Shown here: positions 57,874 to 64,000 of the stretch, piece by piece
Layout: every line of letters begins with the position of its first letter
Position numbering within the stretch: the stretch's first letter is position 1
IMG/VR virus record: IMGVR_UViG_3300049491_000418
Location: 42,776-106,775 of that record
Reading direction: 5' to 3' (one strand)
Length of the DNA: 64,000 nt
From: a virus
Position numbers and translations under genes: made by a program
Notes under the pieces: model-generated
Databases searched by the model: none
Told to the model about the DNA's origin: nothing
Seen by the model: only the letters and a program-made list of their open reading frames with translations

Positions 57874-58473
57874 CTATTTTAAAGAATACTTAACTTTATT
57901 GACAATTAAATATTGGATGGTTCTAGGATCCACCTGTCTACTTCTTGTGTCATAATCTTTAGCAGTATCACGTTTCAATTCCATATCAATGAAATGAACT
58001 CTTCCTAAGTCATCAACATGACCATAGTGACGTCCTTTCATTACTCTTAATTTACCTGGAATTTCTTTAGTGATTGGATTCTCTATCAAATCATTAAGCA
58101 ATGCAGATGCATTCTTAAGATTTGCATTTTGAATCTCAGTAATCTTAGCAGTTTTTTCAGCTTCAAATTCCTTTTTAGTTTTTTCTGTAGCCTTAGTAAT
58201 ATAGGCAACAGTCAAAGCTATACGTGGACTATTAATGAAAATTTCTGCCAACTCTGTCATAGATTTTTGTTCTTCTTTCTCATAGAAATCAGCACAAACA
58301 GTAATTTCATTGACATATTTATGCCCCAGATTAATTCTGTGTCCATAATCATCAACTACTACTACTTTAGCTTGTTGAACTTCTTCTACTACATAGAAAC
58401 TAGTTTCAGAGAGGATTGTGCCTGGCTCAATTACTAATGCTGCTGGAGCTTTTTTTGCTGTTGTTGTACTCAT
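57874..58473 (-). CDS. Hypothetical protein
   Basis: 199 aa ORF. Confidence 0.75.
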   Translation of the reverse strand: MSTTTAKKAPAALVIEPGTILSETSFYVVEEVQQAKVVVVDDYGHRINLGHKYVNEITVCADFYEKEEQKSMTELAEIFINSPRIALTVAYITKATEKTKKEFEAEKTAKITEIQNANLKNASALLNDLIENPITKEIPGKLRVMKGRHYGHVDDLGRVHFIDMELKRDTAKDYDTRSRQVDPRTIQYLIVNKVKYSLK

Positions 58474-58494
58474 GTTTTAAATATTAAGGATTAA

Positions 58495-59328
58495 TTATTC
58501 AATGTCTTTGTAGAAACCTTTACTAACATCTTCTCCTGCAGCTACTTTACTAGAATAAGCTGATCTTGATACACTATTTACTTGCATACCTCTAGATAAA
58601 CTTTCAGGAGTATTATCATGAACAAGAGTATTGCTTATATCAAATTTGAGATTTCTTTGAGCAAAATCTACATCACGTTGTGTACCAATAAAGGTAAATG
58701 TCCAGCCAACTTTACTTAATTCTTCTATTAAAGAAGCAATATCATTAGCTCTAAATCTTCTTGATGTATTTTCTTCACCATCAGTATAGATATTAACCAA
58801 TACTTTATCAGTATCTTTTACAGAAGGCTTAACCAATGCTACAGATTTTCCAATAGCATCATATAAAGCTGTACTACCTCTGGTACCTCCTCTAAAATTA
58901 CTAACAGTTTTTAAATCAGCTAAAGTGTATCTAAAAATAAGATCATCGGAGAAATCACAAAGAGTGTAAGTATAATTTACATCAACTTTATCATTCTTGA
59001 TAGTTTCAATACCATGATTTACACCTTTAATAGCAGCAGCTATTTTACCACCACTCATAGATCCACTACTATCTAGCACATCTATAACATGTATAGTAGG
59101 TTTTACTCCCACTTTGACTTTTACAATAGGTTTTTTCTTTTCCTGAGGAACAACAACTGAAGCTCCTTTGAAAGGCAAGCTACCTTTTCCTGCTGTAACT
59201 AAAAGATCCAACAGTTTAATCATTTCTGTTGCATTTTTAAAACCTTCTTTTTTAGCTTTGTCCTCTCTAGCAGTCTTGTTGTACTGTTTGATGGCTTTCA
59301 GCATTTCTGCATTTGTTTTTGTTTTCAT
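58495..59328 (-). CDS. von Willebrand factor A domain protein
   Basis: MIDAS motif LDSSGSM, TALYDAIG, TDGEENTS, GWTFTFIG. Confidence 0.9.
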   Translation of the reverse strand: MKTKTNAEMLKAIKQYNKTAREDKAKKEGFKNATEMIKLLDLLVTAGKGSLPFKGASVVVPQEKKKPIVKVKVGVKPTIHVIDVLDSSGSMSGGKIAAAIKGVNHGIETIKNDKVDVNYTYTLCDFSDDLIFRYTLADLKTVSNFRGGTRGSTALYDAIGKSVALVKPSVKDTDKVLVNIYTDGEENTSRRFRANDIASLIEELSKVGWTFTFIGTQRDVDFAQRNLKFDISNTLVHDNTPESLSRGMQVNSVSRSAYSSKVAAGEDVSKGFYKDIE

Positions 59329-59346
59329 AAGTATTTGATTTAATTG

Positions 59347-59637
59347 TTATTTTTTCAAATTATTAAAAAACTCTTCAAAATTGGTTGGATTATTATTTTT
59401 TCCAAATTCTGATCCTACCTTTTCTAAAATCTTCTTTAGACTCTCTGCAATGTGAGTACAGGTTAGAAAAACTAATTCATCCTCTGTAAACCTACCTCTA
59501 ACTTTATGAAAAAGAGTATGTGCTTCCTCAGGAGCAGATAATCTTATTACTTCCATCATACTATTTACTACTTTAGCATTTAGAGCTTGAAAATCTATGT
59601 TTTTGTATCTCTCTTTGTCTTTTTCTTCTTCTGTCAT
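59347..59637 (-). CDS. Hypothetical protein (paralogue of the next gene)
   Basis: FTEDELVFLTCTHIA motif. Confidence 0.7.
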   Translation of the reverse strand: MTEEEKDKERYKNIDFQALNAKVVNSMMEVIRLSAPEEAHTLFHKVRGRFTEDELVFLTCTHIAESLKKILEKVGSEFGKNNNPTNFEEFFNNLKK

Positions 59638-59933
59638 GACTTATTTTTTAAATTAGACTCAAGTGCTTCAGCTTCTTTCATAGCTTCAATCATTTTCTTT
59701 AAAGGAGGAATCTGATTAATAGCATCTTCAATAGAAATTGCAGCATGTACACATACTATATAAGCCATTTCTTCTTTAGTCATACTTTCCATAGCATGGC
59801 TATAAGGATCAACACTTATAGGTTCATCTTTAGGATTTTTGACCATAACCATCATTACTCCAGACATTTTGCCTGCAATCTCTTCAGGATTTAATCCTTC
59901 AAGAATTTTTTGGTATTCTTCATTTTTTGACAT
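59634..59933 (-). CDS. Hypothetical protein (paralogue of the previous gene)
   Basis: MTKEEMAYIVCVHAA motif. Confidence 0.7.
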   Translation of the reverse strand: MSKNEEYQKILEGLNPEEIAGKMSGVMMVMVKNPKDEPISVDPYSHAMESMTKEEMAYIVCVHAAISIEDAINQIPPLKKMIEAMKEAEALESNLKNKS

Positions 59934-59964
59934 GTGTTTGATTTTAAAATTAATACTAAGTTAG

Positions 59965-60092
59965 TAGGGGGAGCAGCTCCGATGCTGCATTTGCTATTTG
60001 GACTGTCTAGCAATCTTATTAAGGATCCAACAACCTTCTTGTCCTAGATAAGCTCTCCTCTTAATAAAGTGTCTCCATTGCACCATCCCCCT
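59965..60092 (-). ncRNA. tRNA-like RNA #2 (expanded anticodon domain, long variable arm)
   Basis: AGGGGGA/TCCCCCT+A acceptor; TG GTG CAATGGAGA CAC D-arm; TTATTAAG/CTTAATAA stem around a 36-nt loop; TTGCTA/TAGCAA arm; GCAGC ATCGGA GCTGC T-like arm. Confidence 0.65.
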
Positions 60093-60097
60093 GTGTA

Positions 60098-60316
60098 TTA
60101 TTTATCAAAACAAATTACATAAGTTAATATCAATATATAAGCTAAAATAGCTACACATTGTCCAATTCTTTCTATTTGTTTTTTTGATGGATAAGGTCTT
60201 TCTGTTATAGAAAAATATAATATTACTAACCATTTAGGTTTATGTTTAAAAATCTCAAATACAATGAAAACTATTAAAAAAATTATAAATACGTATAAAA
60301 TAGAAGTCATAATCAA
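60098..60316 (-). CDS. Small membrane protein
   Basis: Two TM segments; start may be 60310. Confidence 0.6.
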   Translation of the reverse strand: MIMTSILYVFIIFLIVFIVFEIFKHKPKWLVILYFSITERPYPSKKQIERIGQCVAILAYILILTYVICFDK

Positions 60317-60333
60317 TTTTTTTTAATTAAAAA

Positions 60334-60423
60334 TTAAGTTGCATAGTAATCATCATCATCATCTTTATCAATGAAAAATCCTATAAAGAAGCCTAATACA
60401 AAACACACTAGTGAAACAATCAT
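60334..60423 (-). CDS. 29-aa membrane peptide with acidic tail (absent from track)
   Basis: MIVSLVCFVLGFFIGFFIDKDDDDDYYAT*. Confidence 0.45.
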   Translation of the reverse strand: MIVSLVCFVLGFFIGFFIDKDDDDDYYAT

Positions 60424-60427
60424 TATT

Positions 60428-60658
60428 TTATAATCCATTTTTCTCTTTTTTATTAGTTTCCCAAAATACTAACTTTAAAGCATCCCAACCTAATTTTTTT
60501 ATTTCTGGAGTTTTACTTTTTAATAACTTAAAAGCAATAATGCTTAATATTACTTTATGATTTACCCAATAAATAAAATTTATAGTCCACACATAAAAAA
60601 AGAAGGCTATACCAAATCCTAAAATAATCCACATTATTAATAAAAAGTATATCATCAT
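60428..60658 (-). CDS. Small membrane protein
   Basis: Hydrophobic N-terminus. Confidence 0.6.
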   Translation of the reverse strand: MMIYFLLIMWIILGFGIAFFFYVWTINFIYWVNHKVILSIIAFKLLKSKTPEIKKLGWDALKLVFWETNKKEKNGL

Positions 60659-60903
60659 ACTTCTATTTTCTTAGGTATCCAATGGCCATGCTCATTTACT
60701 AATTCCCACAAAATGTTAAATTTACTGTCAGAGACAACACATCCATCACCATAATCTCCTCTATTGGCATCTCTACAACATTCTTTAAGAGTTCCAACAA
60801 CAATAATGTATTTACCATTGTCTTCTGTTTCTAATTTACCATCATTAGCAAGGGCTATTACACTTGCTCTACTATCTAATAAAAAATAATCTTCTTTTGC
60901 CAT
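60655..60903 (-). CDS. Hypothetical protein
   Basis: 82 aa ORF. Confidence 0.65.
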   Translation of the reverse strand: MAKEDYFLLDSRASVIALANDGKLETEDNGKYIIVVGTLKECCRDANRGDYGDGCVVSDSKFNILWELVNEHGHWIPKKIEV

Positions 60904-60905
60904 AA

Positions 60906-61301
60906 TTATATAAGTTTAAGTGATTCTTGTAAACCAAATTCTAAAGCTTCTTCATAAGTTTTCCAACCAGAAAATTCATCATAACCTCCTAAAGGGTTAT
61001 ATGCTAATTTTTCATCTGAAGGATCATTTATAAAACCCCAACATGTATAGTAGATTATACCATCATGTTTTGGGTTTAAATCATGATAAGATGCTACATA
61101 AATTTTATGAATTTCTCTTAACCATTTTTGTAATAATGATTGAGTAGGTGCATATCCTACATTATCATAACACATTGCTCCTCTAGCACCTCTTACAGGA
61201 TTTAAAGTGGTAGTTTGATCATACCAATGCTTAGTTTTAATATCAAATCCTTTTTCCTTAGCTAATTTAGCTGTTTCAAAACTTATTAATTGATCTTTCA
61301 T
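60906..61301 (-). CDS. Bacteroidota-phage hypothetical protein
   Basis: ISFETAKLAKEKGF...APTQSLLQKWLRE...TYEEALE family pattern. Confidence 0.75.
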   Translation of the reverse strand: MKDQLISFETAKLAKEKGFDIKTKHWYDQTTTLNPVRGARGAMCYDNVGYAPTQSLLQKWLREIHKIYVASYHDLNPKHDGIIYYTCWGFINDPSDEKLAYNPLGGYDEFSGWKTYEEALEFGLQESLKLI

Positions 61302-61322
61302 ATAAGTGTATTTGAATTAAAT

Positions 61323-61343
61323 AAAAAATCCCCCATGTGGGGG
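61323..61343 (-). terminator. Intrinsic terminator closing the candidate ncRNA
   Basis: CCCCCACATGGGGG followed by ATTTTTT on the - strand. Confidence 0.65.
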
Positions 61344-61689
61344 CACTATATCAAAGCATTATTAGATTGTACTCATTATAAGTAATTCATGCTGTGCCAA
61401 ATATTCCCTAACATCCCTTGACTTCACAAAAGGATAGGCTAACCTAATTCATGTCCATGTTCACCCATGACATTTAATACTTTTTATTAAAAACTGTTCA
61501 GACATTTCTAAGTGTCATACACGCTACTTTATTCGGGCATGAGTGAAGCTCCCTCAGCTATTACTAGCTTAATTTTGTCTATATGTATTTTACAAGGGGC
61601 ACACTGTCTTAGCACAGCTAGGGGTTAATAGAGCTTAGCCCTGGGGTACCACCCGTGTTTGTTTCCAGCCCCTCTTCAATGAACAGTTT
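61323..61689 (-). ncRNA. Candidate large structured non-coding RNA
   Basis: Longest ORF-free gap in the window, higher GC, many hairpins and long-range inverted repeats. Confidence 0.5.
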
Positions 61690-61903
61690 AAACTTTTAAT
61701 TTTCCATCTTCCCATTTAATAAAATCAGCAATTTCATTATTAAGAATGTCTATTACAGATTTATCTTTTGGAAATTCTTTATGCTTCCAACCTCCTCCCC
61801 AAGGAGTACCTGGTTCATTAGAGCTATAAAAAATATTACAAATAGTAACATGTTCTTTTATTATAAACTCTACTTTCTCATAGGTTAAATAGGCTGTTGC
61901 CAT
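61688..61903 (-). CDS. Hypothetical protein
   Basis: 71 aa ORF. Confidence 0.65.
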   Translation of the reverse strand: MATAYLTYEKVEFIIKEHVTICNIFYSSNEPGTPWGGGWKHKEFPKDKSVIDILNNEIADFIKWEDGKLKV

Positions 61904-62109
61904 TACATTAAATCTTTAAAAGATTTTAACTGAATAACCTCTTCCTTAGGAAGACTATTTACAAACTGAGAGTTTCTCACAGCTTTATGCTTTCTAACTT
62001 TTTTACTGAACCGTCCTCCTGAAACATTTCTAACATCAATATCTGGTTTTAATCCTCTTCCACCTACTGTGAAATATACTTTACGTTTTCCTTTTGCATC
62101 ACTTGCCAT
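61903..62109 (-). CDS. Small basic hypothetical protein
   Basis: 68 aa ORF. Confidence 0.65.
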   Translation of the reverse strand: MASDAKGKRKVYFTVGGRGLKPDIDVRNVSGGRFSKKVRKHKAVRNSQFVNSLPKEEVIQLKSFKDLM

Positions 62110-62131
62110 ATTCTAAATTTGTTAAAGTTAA

Positions 62132-62587
62132 TTAATCTTTAGGTATTTCTTCAAACTCTACATCTTCAATTACTGGTTTGTAACCAAGATGATTAGCAAT
62201 CTTCTTAAACAGATCTTCTGCTTCATTAGGAGAATCTCCACTAAGTAACTGTTGTTCAATTTCTGGATAAAGCTCATCCTCAAGAACCCATAACCATGTT
62301 CTAAGAGCTAAAAACCCTTGAACAATGTCTACAGTAGAACCTCTATGAATAGCTTTATCAAGACCAGGCATAAAAGTCATTAACTGTTCTTTCAAATCTG
62401 TGTCTTCTTTCCATCTTTCATCCTCAGGAAGAGTATCATTGTCATGTTCCATAACATAGTTTTCATCTAAGTATGGTTTAGCCATCTTGTATGGCAATAC
62501 ACATAACAATAACTGTCTTTGTGTGTTAAAGAAATCTAAGGAATCCTCAGAATTGTGTCTTTCTAAAATCTGTTCATTAGTCTTCAT
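62132..62587 (-). CDS. Acidic hypothetical protein
   Basis: 151 aa ORF. Confidence 0.7.
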   Translation of the reverse strand: MKTNEQILERHNSEDSLDFFNTQRQLLLCVLPYKMAKPYLDENYVMEHDNDTLPEDERWKEDTDLKEQLMTFMPGLDKAIHRGSTVDIVQGFLALRTWLWVLEDELYPEIEQQLLSGDSPNEAEDLFKKIANHLGYKPVIEDVEFEEIPKD

Positions 62588-62718
62588 GTATGTTTGTTTT
62601 TAAATTATCCTCTTCATCATCATCTTCTTCCACTGCTGTATTCAGTTGATACCCCACATAAGTCATAAAAGCTATAATAACTATGAAAAAAATCCATAAA
62701 TTGTCCTCTATAAACATT

Positions 62719-62886
62719 TCATCTATCATTTTTCTTCCGTTTTATACCTACTATGCTGTAAGCGTGACATACTTGACCCTTTAACCGTCTGACTTCAATA
62801 ACCCAACGTTTAATTAGCTTGCTTCTTTCTACATTAGTAGAAAATTCTAATATTCCTTTTTTAATTCTTTTTCTGTTTCTGCTCAT
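62719..62886 (-). CDS. Small basic protein (absent from track)
   Basis: MSRNRKRIKKGILEFSTNVERSKLIKRWVIEVRR...; fills the gap between genes. Confidence 0.45.
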   Translation of the reverse strand: MSRNRKRIKKGILEFSTNVERSKLIKRWVIEVRRLKGQVCHAYSIVGIKRKKNDR

Positions 62887-63394
62887 ATTGTGGTTGTTTG
62901 ATGTTTAACAATGCAGTTTCATAAGAAAAGTGAGCGTCATCCTCTTTTGTAAATACTCCTAGATAGTATTGTTTACCTTTTATATTTATTTGAGCTTTCC
63001 ACTTACCTAATTTTTTCAGAAAATAAACCCCTACATACTTACTTGAAGAAGGAATGTGTTTTCTATCACAATTTATTCTATTTGTAGTAATTTCTAGATT
63101 TTCTGGTCTATTATCTATTTTAATATGATTTATATGATTAATGACTAAGTCATAACCACAAGGAACATGACCAAAGAAAGCCATAGCAATTAATTGATGA
63201 ACTCTGAAATATTTAGATTTACTTCCCACTTGTAAAGGAACTTTATAATAACCAGTAGACTCAAGGAACAAAGTCATTAGATTTTCTTGATTAGATCTTC
63301 TATATTTTAAACTCTTTATTCTTCCCCAATTACTAGCCTGATATAAGCCCTCAAAACCAGGAATATCTATCCAAAATTCTTCTGTAGTTGCCAT
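62861..63394 (-). CDS. NUMOD4-HNH-AP2 homing endonuclease
   Basis: WIDIPGFEGLYQASNWGRIKS (NUMOD4), VHQLIA..INHINH.KIDNRPENL (HNH), SKYVGV..KWKAQI..YLG.F (AP2). Confidence 0.9.
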   Translation of the reverse strand: MATTEEFWIDIPGFEGLYQASNWGRIKSLKYRRSNQENLMTLFLESTGYYKVPLQVGSKSKYFRVHQLIAMAFFGHVPCGYDLVINHINHIKIDNRPENLEITTNRINCDRKHIPSSSKYVGVYFLKKLGKWKAQINIKGKQYYLGVFTKEDDAHFSYETALLNIKQPQYEQKQKKN

Positions 63395-63422
63395 GTGTTG
63401 TTTGGTTTAAAGATTTAAAGGA

Positions 63423-63444
63423 GCCCTCTTAATTAAAAGAGGGC
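63423..63444 (-). terminator. Hairpin/terminator
   Basis: GCCCTCTT-loop-AAGAGGGC. Confidence 0.55.
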
Positions 63445-63449
63445 AATAA

Positions 63450-64000
63450 CTACTCTGAAATAACTTGATAACCATTGCTTGAGAAAGCAACAATTCTCTC
63501 ATCACTAGTAACTTTCACTTGTTTTCCTCCTGTAGCTATACATAAGTCTTTAAGTTCATTACTAAACTGCATCAAACTAATAGCATTAACTTTATAAGGA
63601 AACTCATCATATCCTACCTCATCCTGACCATCATTGATAATCAAAATTTCTGGTAATTCTTGAGACAAATCAACATGAAGATTATGTAACTTCTTCTTAT
63701 TGATAATTTCATCAGCTACATATTCTACAATTTTACCAATATTAGTAAGACTTCCTCCTGGAGAATTAGAAAAATTCTTTCAGAAAGCATTAACATCAGT
63801 CTCATTCTTAATATGATGAAACTTTAGACAAGAAATACTACTAGTAAAGAAACTAAAGAATACTTCTGCCTCTCCCTTAATAACATATCTAAATCTGTCA
63901 AGCAACAAAGCATTTACCCAGGATTGTTTGCCATACTCATTCATACTTCCTGATTGGTCACACAAAATTATAATTTTTTGTTTCTTTTCATTAGTTTGAA
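63450..64000 (-). pseudogene. vWA-domain gene (5' truncated) with an in-frame TGA at 63780-63782
   Basis: LCDQSGSM...NAF*KNFSNSPGGSLTNIG...IINDGQD all in one frame; MIDAS elements lie on both sides of the stop. Confidence 0.7.

Noticed and set aside
61323-61689. tmRNA or RNase P RNA
   Set aside because: GGGGCTG is present but there is no matching 3' acceptor, T-loop or CCA, and no RNase P GAGGAAAGTCC core.
1-64000. Genome-wide stop-codon reassignment (TAG/TGA), known in some crAss-like phages
   Set aside because: Multi-kb ORFs are intact under the standard code; TAG and TGA end genes at sensible, often coupled, positions; only one internal TGA was found.

Overview
AT-rich, gene-dense 64 kb segment of a lytic dsDNA phage of the crAss-like (Crassvirales-type) lineage, most likely infecting a Bacteroidota host (TAnnTTTG promoter elements, A-rich translation starts with no Shine-Dalgarno). 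Two gene blocks converge at a bidirectional terminator near 23.7 kb. The + strand block (1-23661) encodes giant virion/ejection proteins: a 4671-aa RNA polymerase with the DFDID catalytic motif and a 1631-aa protein with a PD-(D/E)xK domain. These are followed by small Thr-rich and tail-like proteins, a glycosyltransferase and a ferritin-like protein. The - strand block (23700-64000) encodes replication, recombination and nucleotide genes (PolA, primase, DnaB, SF2 helicase, SSB, Sak4-like ATPase, RecA, exonuclease, UDG, dUTPase, PhoH, rIIA/rIIB, GroES), five free-standing homing endonucleases, SPFH/AAA/vWA proteins and many small hypotheticals. Most notable: (1) a candidate phage protein O-glycosylation system: a plant GT96/GT95-like peptidyl glycosyltransferase between mucin-like poly-Thr proteins, plus an ABO-like GT6 and a SAM methyltransferase; (2) two tRNA-like RNAs with intact acceptor, D and T arms but a replaced anticodon domain, and a ~350-nt candidate structured ncRNA; (3) a probable -1 programmed frameshift at 26.5 kb; (4) a vWA gene interrupted by one in-frame TGA. 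All family assignments come from motif recognition by eye; no searches were run.
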